From assembly GCA_031459385.1 (NCBI GenBank), contig JAVKIP010000002.1, positions 64,355 through 128,354 of the forward strand: a stretch of 64,000 nt of DNA, in the 5' to 3' direction. The notes under the pieces are model-generated. The model saw nothing but the letters and a program-made list of their open reading frames with translations, was not told the origin of the DNA and searched no databases. The position numbers and the translations under genes are program-made. Origin of the DNA: Candidatus Fervidifonticultor secundus (lineage in GTDB: Bacteria; Sysuimicrobiota; Sysuimicrobiia; Sysuimicrobiales; Humicultoraceae). Numbering within the stretch: position 1 is the first letter of the stretch; the number at the start of each line of letters is the position of its first letter. Below are positions 28,454 through 37,648 of the stretch, piece after piece.

Positions 28454-28798
28454 ATGCGCCCGCGGATGCCCACGCCCGTGGAGACCGGCAGCGTCGTCGA
28501 GCGGACGTTTCGCGTGACTTGGTCCGACGGCCACCGGTCCGAGTACGCATGGCGGACCCTGCGGATGCGCTGTCCCTGCGCGGCGTGCGCCGGCGAGTGG
28601 CGGTACCGGCCGCCGCCGTTGACCGAAGCCAGCATCCCTGCCGATATTCGCGCGATGAGCGTAGCGCGTGTAGGAAACTACGCGCTGCGCTTCGTCTGGT
28701 CCGACGGCCACGACACCGGCCTCTACACGTTCGCCACGCTCCGTTACGACCTGTGTGAGTGCGCGGAATGTCGGGCGGGGCGCCGGGAGACGCGGTAG
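28454..28798 (+). CDS. DUF971 / gamma-butyrobetaine hydroxylase-like N-terminal domain protein
   Basis: WSDGH.S.Y...LR..CPCA.C and VGNYALRFVWSDGHDTGLY; extra C-terminal CECAEC. Confidence 0.85.
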   Translation: MRPRMPTPVETGSVVERTFRVTWSDGHRSEYAWRTLRMRCPCAACAGEWRYRPPPLTEASIPADIRAMSVARVGNYALRFVWSDGHDTGLYTFATLRYDLCECAECRAGRRETR

Positions 28799-28934
28799 CG
28801 TGGAGGAACGTTGCACGCCGCGCCGCACATGGTGCCCCAGCACACCGCATCCTGCTGCCGGCATCGTGCCGGACCCCGGGCCACTCCCCTGGGCCGGGAT
28901 TCGGGATGTCCACGGACGCCCGTGGCCTGACCTG

Positions 28935-28943
28935 TGCTATACT
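28935..28943 (+). promoter_or_regulatory. Extended -10 promoter of tRNA-Pro
   Basis: TGC-TATACT, 14 nt before the tRNA 5' end. Confidence 0.55.
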
Positions 28944-28957
28944 CGCGGCAGAGACGT

Positions 28958-29034
28958 CGGGCCGTAGCGCAGCTTGGTAGCGCGCCTGAATGGGGTTCAG
29001 GAGGTCGGCGGTTCAAGTCCGCCCGGCCCGACCA
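28958..29034 (+). tRNA. tRNA-Pro(GGG)
   Basis: Cloverleaf: acceptor CGGGCCG/CGGCCCG, anticodon stem CCTGA/TCAGG with GGG, TTCAAGT T-loop, encoded CCA. Confidence 0.95.
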
Positions 29035-29048
29035 TGTAGCATGCGAGC

Positions 29049-29072
29049 AGAGCGCGGCTTCCGCGCTCTTTT
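29049..29072 (+). terminator. Intrinsic terminator after tRNA-Pro
   Basis: AGAGCGCGG-CTT-CCGCGCTCT followed by a T-tract. Confidence 0.75.
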
Positions 29073-29162
29073 GCGTTCCCGCCGCGCCCGGGGACCGACA
29101 GGGCCTGGCTGGCACGGCGGGCTGCGGACGGGTGGCGATCAGGGGGCCGGGGACGCCGGTGA

Positions 29163-30167
29163 TCAGACCGGCCCGTCCGCGGCCACGGGCAGCCGCCACT
29201 GGGCCTCCACCGCCGCGGGGGGCAGCGCCGCGAGCACCCGATTCAGCGCCGCGAGCACCCCCACGCCGTCCGCTGCCAGGGCGTGTGCCACCCGGCGCAG
29301 GTCAGGGTAGGCTGCCAGCGGCTGCCACCACACGGCGCGCCCCGCCAGGTATCCGCGCGCGCCGGCTGCCAGGGCGGCCCGCAGGGCCTCCACGAATCGG
29401 TCACCGGGCATGCCGCCGCTCAGCAACACCCACGGCGCGGGGAGGAGCCGCGTGATCTCGCGCATCACCTCGACGAGATCAGCCAGGCTGTAGCGCGCTC
29501 CGCCCCACTCCCGCACGTGCGCGGGGGTGCCGGGCAGGGCCAGCTTGTAGAGGTCGGCACCGTAGCCCGGGTCCGAGAACGCTTGCGCGATCGCCACCGA
29601 CAGACGCGGCAGTGCGTCGGCGTACTCGTCGGGAGACTGGCCGGGCAGCGGGTAGGGAAGCAGCTCGAGCACAAACGGCCGGTCGGAGGCGGCGCAGGCG
29701 TCGCCCACCTCACGGACCAGCCCCTGCTGCGCGCGTGCGACGGCCGGCGGGGCGTCGGGGTGGTAGAAGACCAGCAGCTTCAGCGCCTCGGCGCCCGCGC
29801 GGAGGGCCGCAGCGACGCTCCAGTCGGGAATCAGCCGGCTGATGCGGAACCCCGCGGGCGTGGTCTCCACGCGGTGGTCCTCCAGCGTCAGCAGCAGGCC
29901 GACGCTTCGCGGCAGCACCGGCACGACGCGATGGTAGCCGTATGTGGGATCCACCAGCAGCCCGGTGACGTGCCCCGACAGCGTCTCGGCCAGCAGCCGC
30001 TTCACGTCACCCAGGGCGGCGCTCGCCGCCGGCCCGGTGGTACCCACCGCTCGCGTCACCAGCGGGAGCAACTGCGCGCGCTGATCGATGGCCAGCATCG
30101 CGTAGCGTCCTTCGCCGTCCGAGATGCGGGCCAGGCCGCGAGCCTTCCCTGGGGTCGTGGGTGCCAT
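29163..30167 (-). CDS. LacD/YihT-family class I aldolase (tagatose-bisphosphate or sulfofructosephosphate aldolase-like)
   Basis: MLAIDQR, LLVDP.YG, LKLLVFY.PD, F.LE...Y, DLYK, PWVLLSGG, GYLAGRAVW; GGAGG RBS. Confidence 0.82.
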   Translation of the reverse strand: MAPTTPGKARGLARISDGEGRYAMLAIDQRAQLLPLVTRAVGTTGPAASAALGDVKRLLAETLSGHVTGLLVDPTYGYHRVVPVLPRSVGLLLTLEDHRVETTPAGFRISRLIPDWSVAAALRAGAEALKLLVFYHPDAPPAVARAQQGLVREVGDACAASDRPFVLELLPYPLPGQSPDEYADALPRLSVAIAQAFSDPGYGADLYKLALPGTPAHVREWGGARYSLADLVEVMREITRLLPAPWVLLSGGMPGDRFVEALRAALAAGARGYLAGRAVWWQPLAAYPDLRRVAHALAADGVGVLAALNRVLAALPPAAVEAQWRLPVAADGPV

Positions 30168-30201
30168 GGAATCCTCCGGAGCGTGCCGACGGTCACCCCC
30201 T

Positions 30202-30230
30202 ACCATACCGTGCGCGTTGGCGGGTGTCAT
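30202..30230 (-). promoter_or_regulatory. Putative sigma70 promoter of the aldolase gene
   Basis: Minus strand ATGACA-17 nt-TATGGT. Confidence 0.5.
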
Positions 30231-30288
30231 ATGTCTCCTGGTGCGGGACCTCGGGTGGTAGGCGAGTGCGCCTGCGACCCCGCGCCGG

Positions 30289-30317
30289 TTGCGCGGCACG
30301 CGCGAGGATGGTAGCAT
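30289..30317 (+). promoter_or_regulatory. Putative sigma70 promoter of the IclR operon
   Basis: TTGCGC-17 nt-TAGCAT with an extended TG, followed by an AT-rich patch. Confidence 0.55.
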
Positions 30318-30337
30318 CATTTAAATACAGTACAGCA

Positions 30338-30352
30338 TCCCACATCGTGAGA
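30338..30352. promoter_or_regulatory. Candidate IclR operator
   Basis: Near-perfect palindrome TCCCAC-ATC-GTGAGA downstream of the promoter, overlapping the GTG start. Confidence 0.45.
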
Positions 30353-31192
30353 CGTCGGCTATCTCTCAAGTCCCCCCGGCGCGCCGCAGGCTGGCGCGTC
30401 GACGGCACATCCAGCCTGGCCAAGGGCCTGCGGCTGCTGGATGCGTTCTCCCTGGAGCGCCCGGGGCTGACCCTGGCGGACCTCACGGCCGCCTCGGGGT
30501 TGCCCCGCGCCACGGTCCACCGGCTCCTGAGCGCGCTCCGCGGGCTGGGCTACGTACACTACGATCCGCCGACGCGGCAGTTCCGGCTGGGCTACAAGCT
30601 GCTGGAGCGCGGCTACCTCGTCAGCGAGCAGATCGACCTGCGCCCCGTGGCGCGGCCGCACCTGGAGCGCCTGCGCGATGAGACGGGCGAGACCGTGTCC
30701 CTGCAGGTCGTCGACGGCTACGAGGGGGTCTACGTCGAGAAGCTCGAGCCGCTGGCAGGGTTTCGGCTGTGGACGCGGGTGGGCATGCGGCGGCCGCTGC
30801 ACGCCGGATGCTCCATGAAGGTCCTGCTGGCGCACCTGCCGCCCGAGCAGATCGACGAGGTGCTGCAGCAGGGCCTTGCGCGCCTGACGCGGCTGACGAT
30901 CACCGACCCCGAAGCGCTGCGCCGTGACCTGGCCACGATCCGCGCGCAGGGCTACAGCGTGACCTTCGGCGAGTCGCATGACGGCGTGCACGGCGTCGCG
31001 GCGCCGATCCGCGACCACACGGGGCGTGTGGTCGCCAGCGTCAGCGTCCTGGCGCCCGCCGCGCGGATTCCTCGAAGCCGCATCCCGGAGCTCGTCGAGA
31101 AGGTGACGGAGGCCGCCCGGCGGATCTCGCGCGATCTGGGGTACGCCGGCCCGACGACCGGCACGGGCGGCGCTGGCAGGACGCGCCGATGA
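30347..31192 (+). CDS. IclR family transcriptional regulator
   Basis: SLAKGLRLL; HTH LPRATVHRLL; ETGETV, G.RRPLHA, R.QGYS, GVAAPI. Start could be 30308 or 30347. Confidence 0.9.
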   Translation: MRRRLSLKSPRRAAGWRVDGTSSLAKGLRLLDAFSLERPGLTLADLTAASGLPRATVHRLLSALRGLGYVHYDPPTRQFRLGYKLLERGYLVSEQIDLRPVARPHLERLRDETGETVSLQVVDGYEGVYVEKLEPLAGFRLWTRVGMRRPLHAGCSMKVLLAHLPPEQIDEVLQQGLARLTRLTITDPEALRRDLATIRAQGYSVTFGESHDGVHGVAAPIRDHTGRVVASVSVLAPAARIPRSRIPELVEKVTEAARRISRDLGYAGPTTGTGGAGRTRR

Positions 31193-32214
31193 GCCAGGCC
31201 CCGGCCGCGCGCGGCAGCGCGGTGGACTGCCACGCGCACCTGGCGCCGCGGGATGCCCTGGCGCGTCTTGGCTGGCTGCAGGTGGCAGACGGCCAGGTGG
31301 CGGTCCGCGTCGGCGATCGGTGGCAGCCGGTGCCGCGCGCGCTGGTGGAGCCCGATATGCTCGCAGACGACGGCGCCGCCCGGGGCATCGCGGTGCGCGT
31401 GGTGAGCCTGCCGCCGTTCCTCCTACGCCACGACCTGCCGCCCGCCGACGGGGCGGCGTACAGCCGGGCGATGAACAACGGCCTGGCGGCCCTGGCGCAG
31501 GCTGCGGGCGGCCGCCTGCGGGCGCTGGCGACGGTCCCGATGCAGGACCCGGCCGCCGCCGCCGCGGAGCTGCGGCGGGCGCGGGAGGATCTCGGCTGCG
31601 ACGGCGTGACGATCGCCGCCAGCGTGGCCGGCCGCCTCGAACTGGACGACCCGGCCCTCGAGCCGTTCTGGGAGGTCTGTGAGCGCCTGCGGGTGCTGGT
31701 CTTCGTGCACCCACACGATGTGGCCGGCGCCGGCCGCATGCAGCGCTATCACCTGCGCAACCTCGTCGGCAACCCGACCGAGACGGCCCTGGGCGCGGCG
31801 TACCTGATCTTCGGGGGCGTGCTGGATCGTCACCCCGGGCTGGTGGTGCTGCTTGCCCACGGCGGAGGCGCCCTGCCGTGGCTGGTCGGGCGCCTCGACC
31901 GTGGCGTCGATGTGCGTCCGGAGTGCAGGGGCATGGTCACTCCACCCAGCCAGCAGGCGCGGCGGTTCCTGTACGACACGGTGGTCTTCAGCCCGCAGAT
32001 CCTGCGCGCGCTGGTGGCGTGGGTGGGGCCGGCCCAGGTCGTGCTGGGCACCGACGCCCCGTTCGACATGTCGGATCCGCATCCCGTGACGACCGTCATG
32101 CAGGCACTGAGTGACGTCGGGGCCCGCCGGGCCGTGCTGGAGGGCAATGCCGCCCGACTGCTGGCATTCCCTGGCCCGACCAGCCGGCCGGCACCCCGGG
32201 CGCCGTCGGCCTGA
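31189..32214 (+). CDS. Amidohydrolase-2 family protein (ACMSD-like decarboxylase/hydratase)
   Basis: DCHAH, FVHP, GNPTET, LAHGGG..P, YDTVV, GTDAPFDM. Confidence 0.85.
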   Translation: MSQAPAARGSAVDCHAHLAPRDALARLGWLQVADGQVAVRVGDRWQPVPRALVEPDMLADDGAARGIAVRVVSLPPFLLRHDLPPADGAAYSRAMNNGLAALAQAAGGRLRALATVPMQDPAAAAAELRRAREDLGCDGVTIAASVAGRLELDDPALEPFWEVCERLRVLVFVHPHDVAGAGRMQRYHLRNLVGNPTETALGAAYLIFGGVLDRHPGLVVLLAHGGGALPWLVGRLDRGVDVRPECRGMVTPPSQQARRFLYDTVVFSPQILRALVAWVGPAQVVLGTDAPFDMSDPHPVTTVMQALSDVGARRAVLEGNAARLLAFPGPTSRPAPRAPSA

Positions 32215-32253
32215 GGGGCGGTGCGGCCCGTCACGAACGCCAAGGAGGGAACG

Positions 32254-33453
32254 ATGGCAGTCGCGGAGCGACCAGCCGAGGATATCTACCCGAAGTTCTC
32301 AGCCGACGAGTACCGGCGCCGCCACGCCCTGCTGCGCGACCTGCTGGTCGCCCGGGGCCTGGATGGCGCCATCGTCTACGGCGGGTACAAGGATCTGTAC
32401 CAGGCCAATGCGCGCTGGCTCACCGGCATGCGCGAGTCGATGCAGTTCTACGCCTTCTTCCCCAGAGACGGCGCGCCGGCAGCCTGGAACTCGCTCTACC
32501 CGCACCTGCATGCGGCCCGACGCATGTCGGCCATCGCCGACACGCAGTGGGGCGGCGCCAGCATCGGGCACACCGTGGCCCGGCACATCCGCACGCTCGG
32601 CCTCGACCGGGGGCGCATCGGCCTGGTGGGCGTGCACTCGCGGCGCGGGATCACCCTGCCCATGGATCACTACCTGATCTGGCGGGACGAGTTGCCGCAC
32701 GTCGAGCTGGTGAACATCACGCAGGACGTCGAGGGCCTCCAGCAGGTCAAGAGCGAGGAGGAGCTGGCGTTCTACCGCCGCGGGGCCGCCTACACCGACT
32801 ACGCCATGGCGGAGTTGATCACAGCCATCCGGCCGGGCGTCACCGAGGTGGCCCTCTACGGTCGCATCCTGTCGGCGGCGTACGAGTGCGGGGGCGACGC
32901 ACTGGACGTGGTGCTCATCGGCAGCACATCGCAGCGTGACGCCGACATGCCGTACCCCCGGCACGTGCCCAGCCAGCGGCTGATCCAGCCGGGAGACGTC
33001 GTGCTCAACGAGATCAGTGTGGGGTACGGCGGGTGCTCCGGCCAGCTCATCGTCCCCATCAGCGTGGGGGCCCCGACGCCGGAGTACCGCGACCTTTACC
33101 GTATCGCGCGCGAGACGTTCGAGCGGGTGCGGGCGGTACTGCGGCCCGGCGCCACGCAGGACGACGTCCTGGAGGCGGCGCGCCCCATCACCGATGCCGG
33201 CCTGGTGGCCGAGGCGCCCATCATCCATGGCTGGCCGAACCCGCCCATGTTCCCCATCCTGCCGGTGGGCAAGCCAGCGGAGACCTACAGCCCGGAGCCG
33301 TTCGCGCTCCGCGCGAATCAGCTGATCATGATCGAGCCCAACCCGACCACGCCCGATCTGCGGCGCGGCGTCTTCCTGGGGGCTCTGTGCGTGGTGACTC
33401 CGGAAGGCGGCCGGTGCCTGCAGGAGCATCCGCTCGACTTCGCGGTCGTGTAG
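32254..33453 (+). CDS. M24 pita-bread fold protein (Xaa-Pro peptidase/creatinase-like) with a degenerate metal site
   Basis: Creatinase-type N-domain (EYRRR...G.D); VKSEEE, RPGVTE, IQPGDVVLNE, IHG, MIEPN; AAGGAGG RBS. Confidence 0.8.
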   Translation: MAVAERPAEDIYPKFSADEYRRRHALLRDLLVARGLDGAIVYGGYKDLYQANARWLTGMRESMQFYAFFPRDGAPAAWNSLYPHLHAARRMSAIADTQWGGASIGHTVARHIRTLGLDRGRIGLVGVHSRRGITLPMDHYLIWRDELPHVELVNITQDVEGLQQVKSEEELAFYRRGAAYTDYAMAELITAIRPGVTEVALYGRILSAAYECGGDALDVVLIGSTSQRDADMPYPRHVPSQRLIQPGDVVLNEISVGYGGCSGQLIVPISVGAPTPEYRDLYRIARETFERVRAVLRPGATQDDVLEAARPITDAGLVAEAPIIHGWPNPPMFPILPVGKPAETYSPEPFALRANQLIMIEPNPTTPDLRRGVFLGALCVVTPEGGRCLQEHPLDFAVV

Positions 33454-33505
33454 CCGTTGCACGTGCAGGGAACCGACAACGCAGATGAACGCGGGAGGTG
33501 GGAGC

Positions 33506-35056
33506 ATGAGAGCATTGCGGTGGCTTCGCCGGGGATGGCCGCTGCTGGCGGTCCTCCTGATGGGAAGCTGGCCGGCGGCGCCCGGGTGGAGCCAGCAGAA
33601 GGACACGCTGGTCATCGCCCTGCCCTTCGAGGTGCCGACCCCTGATATCCACAAGGCCACCGGGCTGCCCATCTTGGGCATGCTGGCCCAGATCGGCGAT
33701 TCCTTGGTGGTGCTGGACGAGAAGGGGAACGTGAAGCCGTGGCTGGCCGAGTCATGGACGCAGGAGGACGGGGGGCGGTCCCTGGTCTTCAAGATTCGCG
33801 ACAACGTGAAGCTGCATGACGGCCGCACAGTGACCGCCGAGGACGTGGTCTACAGCCTCGAGCGCTTCCGCCGCATCTCCATCGGCCGGTCGGCATTCGC
33901 GGTGGTCGAGAGCATCACGGCGCAGCCCGGCAACCGGGTGAAGATCACCACGCGGGCCCCATTCGCACCGCTCCTGAAGACCTTCATCTACCAGACGATC
34001 ACCGTCTACAGCAAGGCCGCCATCGAGCGTGCCGGGGACGACGAGTTCTCCAAGCACCCGATCGGGCCGGGCCCGTACAAGTTTGTGCGCCTGGTACGGG
34101 GCGACCGCATGGAGCTCGAGGCGTTCGACGACTACTGGGCCGGGAAGCCCAAGATCAAGCGGATTGTCGTGCGCTACGTGCCCGACATCAGCGCCCGGGT
34201 GGCTGCCCTGGAGGCCGGCGACGTGGACGTGATCCACGACTTCACGCCCCAGGACGCCGAGCGCATCCGCAGCAACGCCAACCTGGTCTTCATCAACCCG
34301 CCGTCGGCCGGCTTCATCCGCTTCAACATGAACACCCAGCGGCCGCCCTTCAACGATGTCCGGGTCCGCCAGGCCATGGCCTACGCAATCGATCGTGACG
34401 CGATCGTGAAGCAGATCTTCCGCGGGCTCGCCCGGGTCTCGCGCTCGCTGGTGCCTGCCAACGCTGTGGGGTACGTCGAGACCTACGACGTGTACCGCTA
34501 CAACCCCGAACGCGCCAGGCAGCTGCTGCGGGAGGCCGGCGTTCCCGACCTGACGTTCACCTTCAGCTACGGTGCGGGCCGCTACCTCATGGACCGGGAA
34601 GTGGTGGAGGCCGTGCAGGCGCAGATGGCCAGGGCGGGCGTGACCGTGCGGATCAACCAGATGGAGTGGGGGCAGTTCTCGGCCATGATCCGCCTGCCGC
34701 TGGAGCGCAATCCCAGTCAGATGACGATGACCTGGTGGCGGACCGTGAACGGCGACGCAGACAACGCCATCGGCATCTACTCCCGGGCCGAGCTCCCGCC
34801 GCGCGGCAACAACGTGCCGTTCTACTCGTCCGACGAGTTCGAGCGGCTCTACGCCGCACAGCAAGTCGAGACCGACCCGGAGCGCCGGCGAGCGCTGATC
34901 CGCCAGCTGCAGCAGGTCTTGATGCACGACCTGCCGTCGATCCCCATGTACCAGCAGCCCATCTTCTGGGCCACCCGCAAGAACGTTGCGGGGTTCCCCA
35001 AGAAGGTCACGTCGTTGAGCACGGTGTGGCCGCTGTACGACGTGGAGTTCAAGTAG
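33506..35056 (+). CDS. Peptide/nickel (family 5) ABC substrate-binding protein
   Basis: Signal peptide; PWLAESW, HDG..VTAEDVVYS, PIGPGPY, DYW, PFNDVRVRQA..YAIDR. Confidence 0.9.
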   Translation: MRALRWLRRGWPLLAVLLMGSWPAAPGWSQQKDTLVIALPFEVPTPDIHKATGLPILGMLAQIGDSLVVLDEKGNVKPWLAESWTQEDGGRSLVFKIRDNVKLHDGRTVTAEDVVYSLERFRRISIGRSAFAVVESITAQPGNRVKITTRAPFAPLLKTFIYQTITVYSKAAIERAGDDEFSKHPIGPGPYKFVRLVRGDRMELEAFDDYWAGKPKIKRIVVRYVPDISARVAALEAGDVDVIHDFTPQDAERIRSNANLVFINPPSAGFIRFNMNTQRPPFNDVRVRQAMAYAIDRDAIVKQIFRGLARVSRSLVPANAVGYVETYDVYRYNPERARQLLREAGVPDLTFTFSYGAGRYLMDREVVEAVQAQMARAGVTVRINQMEWGQFSAMIRLPLERNPSQMTMTWWRTVNGDADNAIGIYSRAELPPRGNNVPFYSSDEFERLYAAQQVETDPERRRALIRQLQQVLMHDLPSIPMYQQPIFWATRKNVAGFPKKVTSLSTVWPLYDVEFK

Positions 35057-35084
35057 TTCCGGGCGACGTGCGGACCGGCGCGTT

Positions 35085-36005
35085 ATGAAGGCCTATCTCA
35101 CCCGGCGGGTGCTGGTGGCAGTGCCGAGCCTGCTGGCGGTCACCGTGTTGATCTTCGTCGCCATGCGGGTCGTCCCGGGCGACCCGGCGGTGCTGCTGGC
35201 GGGTGACTTCGCCACGCCGGACACGGTGGCCGCCCTGCGGGCCAGGTGGGGGTTGGACCGCCCGCTGGTGGTGCAGTACGCGGTCTTCATGGCGCGCCTG
35301 GTCCGCGGCGACCTGGGCGAGTCGATCGTCAGCGACCTGCCCGTCCTCGACGAGATCCTGCAGCGCTTTCGTGTGACCGTGGTCCTGGCGCTGGCAGCGA
35401 TCAGCGTGGCGGTCCTGGTGGGGCTGTCGGCGGGCATCCTGGGGGCCACCCGGCCGTACTCGGGCTGGGACTACGGCAGCATGGTCCTGGCACTGGTAGG
35501 CGTGTCGACCCCGATCTTCTGGTCCGGTATGTTGCTCATCCTCCTGTTCGCCGTGCGGCTGGGGTGGCTGCCGACGGGCGGGGTGGGGTCGTGGCAGAAC
35601 TTCATCCTGCCGGCGGTGAGCCTGGGGTTCTTCGCCGCGGGCATCATCGCCCGGCAGACGCGCGCGGCCATGCTGGATGTGCTCCGGCAGGACTACATCC
35701 GCACGGCGCGGGCGAAGGGCGTGGGGGAACCAGGGGTCATCCAGCGGCACGCGCTGCGGAACGCGCTGATCCCGGTGGTGACGATCGTCGGCCTGGAGTT
35801 CGGCCGCCTGCTGGGCGGCGCCGTGCTCACCGAGACGGTGTTCAGCCTGCCGGGGCTGGGCAGCTTCCTGGTCGTGTCGATCTTCAAGCGCGACTACCCG
35901 GTGATCCAGGGCGTGGTGCTCTGGCTGGCCCTGGCATTCGTGCTCATCAACATGCTGGTCGACGTGGTGTATGCGGCCCTTGATCCGCGCATCCACTACG
36001 CCTGA
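35085..36005 (+). CDS. Peptide/nickel ABC permease, DppB-like
   Basis: PGDPA, GLDRP, DYIRTARAKG, HALRNA, RDYPVIQG, LDPRI. Confidence 0.9.
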   Translation: MKAYLTRRVLVAVPSLLAVTVLIFVAMRVVPGDPAVLLAGDFATPDTVAALRARWGLDRPLVVQYAVFMARLVRGDLGESIVSDLPVLDEILQRFRVTVVLALAAISVAVLVGLSAGILGATRPYSGWDYGSMVLALVGVSTPIFWSGMLLILLFAVRLGWLPTGGVGSWQNFILPAVSLGFFAAGIIARQTRAAMLDVLRQDYIRTARAKGVGEPGVIQRHALRNALIPVVTIVGLEFGRLLGGAVLTETVFSLPGLGSFLVVSIFKRDYPVIQGVVLWLALAFVLINMLVDVVYAALDPRIHYA

Positions 36006-36903
36006 CGTCGCCGGACGGCGCGCGGCGGCTGCCGGGCGCGAGCGGGCCTGGGCCGGGCGTACGGGCTCGGCCTCGCTAGCCTGGCGGAGGTTCCGACGAC
36101 ACCGCGGCGCGCAGGTTGGCCTGGGCGTCGTGCTCGTGTTCGGGCTGCTGGCGCTGCTGGCGCCGATGGTGGCGCCGTACGGGCCGACCGACGCGGACCT
36201 GGAGCGGCGGCTCCAGCCGCCCTCGCGCCAGCACTGGCTGGGGATGGACCAGCAGGGCCGCGACCTCTTCTCGCGCATCGTGTACGGCGGGCGCGTCTCG
36301 CTGGTCATCGGCGTGATCGCCGTCGGCGTCGCAGCGGGCATCGGCATTCCCGTGGGGGCCGCCTCGGGCTTCCGCGGCGGCTGGCTGGGCCAGATCCTCA
36401 TGGGGCTGGTGGACGTGCTCCTGTCGTTTCCAGCCATCCTGGTGGCGATCCTCATCGTGGCCCTGGCCGGGCCGGGGTTGCGCAACGCCATGCTGGCCAT
36501 CGGCATCTCCCAGATGCCGGCCTACGCCCGGTTGATGCGGGCCGAGGTGATCCGGCTGCGCTCGGAGATGTTCGTGGAAGCGGCCCGGGCCATCGGCCTG
36601 CCGGAGGGGCGGGTGCTGCTCCGGCACATCCTGCCCAACGCCGCCGGTCCGCTGATCGTGCAGTCTACGCTGAACCTGGCCGGGGCGATCCTGTCGGCGG
36701 CGTACCTGGGCTTCCTGGGGCTGGGCGCCCAGCCGCCGACGCCGGAGTGGGGAGCGATGCTGTCAGACGGGCGCACCTACCTGCGCACCGCCCCTCACGT
36801 GGCGGTCTACCCCGGGGTGGCCGTGATGCTGGTGGTGCTGGGGTTCAACCTGTTCGGCGACGGGCTGCGGGACGCCCTCGACCCGCGCGCGACACGACGG
36901 TAG
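35971..36903 (+). CDS. Peptide/nickel ABC permease, DppC-like
   Basis: HWLG.DQQGRD, FVEAARAIG, HILPN, PPTPEWG.ML, GDGLRDALDP. Start is uncertain. Confidence 0.88.
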   Translation: MRPLIRASTTPDVAGRRAAAAGRERAWAGRTGSASLAWRRFRRHRGAQVGLGVVLVFGLLALLAPMVAPYGPTDADLERRLQPPSRQHWLGMDQQGRDLFSRIVYGGRVSLVIGVIAVGVAAGIGIPVGAASGFRGGWLGQILMGLVDVLLSFPAILVAILIVALAGPGLRNAMLAIGISQMPAYARLMRAEVIRLRSEMFVEAARAIGLPEGRVLLRHILPNAAGPLIVQSTLNLAGAILSAAYLGFLGLGAQPPTPEWGAMLSDGRTYLRTAPHVAVYPGVAVMLVVLGFNLFGDGLRDALDPRATRR

Positions 36904-36955
36904 ACGCCACCCGCGGTACCGTCCGCCCGCCGTCGCACTTGCACGTGGAGAGGAG

Positions 36956-37648
36956 ATGGAGATGGCGCTACCACCGGAAGTCGAATCCCAGATCGACTTG
37001 ACGCACAGCGCGGTGCTGCTCATCGACATGCAGCGCCGGCACGTGGATCCGGCCGTCGGCTACCACCTCATCGATCCACAGGCCACCGCCGACATCGTGG
37101 CAGCCGCCCGGCGGGCCCTGGAGGTGGCCCGGGCGCATGACGTGCCGGTCGTGCACGTGGCGACCTCCTCCCGGCGGCCGTCGCCGTGGGGGTTCGTCGA
37201 CCACCAGAACCCGTTCTGGGCCTACCAGACCGGGAAGATCATCCCGGGGATGGGACGGCCGCGGCAGAGCGGGAAGAACGTCGAGGGGTCTATCTACGCG
37301 GAGATCCTGCCCGAGCTGGCACCCCAGCGCGACGAGCCCGTGGTCGTCAAACGCCGCTACTCAGCGTTTTACGGGACCGACCTGGAGCTGGTCCTGCGCG
37401 GGCTGCGCACGGAGACCCTGTTCGTCCTGGGCGTGAACACCAACAACTGCGTGCTGGCCACGGTCTACGACGCCTTCAGCCGCGACCTGCGTGTGGTGGT
37501 GCTGGCGGACGCGTGCGGCTCGATGAACGGCGAAGAATACCACCGGGCCGCACTGCGGCAGGTAGAGGCCGCGCTGGGCTTCACGACCACGGTGCGGGAG
37601 TTCGCCGAGCTGGTGGCGCGCAAGCGCGGGGCGGAGGTGCGGGCATGA
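36956..37648 (+). CDS. Isochorismatase/cysteine hydrolase family amidase
   Basis: Asp-Lys-Cys triad: LLIDMQ, VKRRYSAF, GVNTNNCV. Confidence 0.88.
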   Translation: MEMALPPEVESQIDLTHSAVLLIDMQRRHVDPAVGYHLIDPQATADIVAAARRALEVARAHDVPVVHVATSSRRPSPWGFVDHQNPFWAYQTGKIIPGMGRPRQSGKNVEGSIYAEILPELAPQRDEPVVVKRRYSAFYGTDLELVLRGLRTETLFVLGVNTNNCVLATVYDAFSRDLRVVVLADACGSMNGEEYHRAALRQVEAALGFTTTVREFAELVARKRGAEVRA

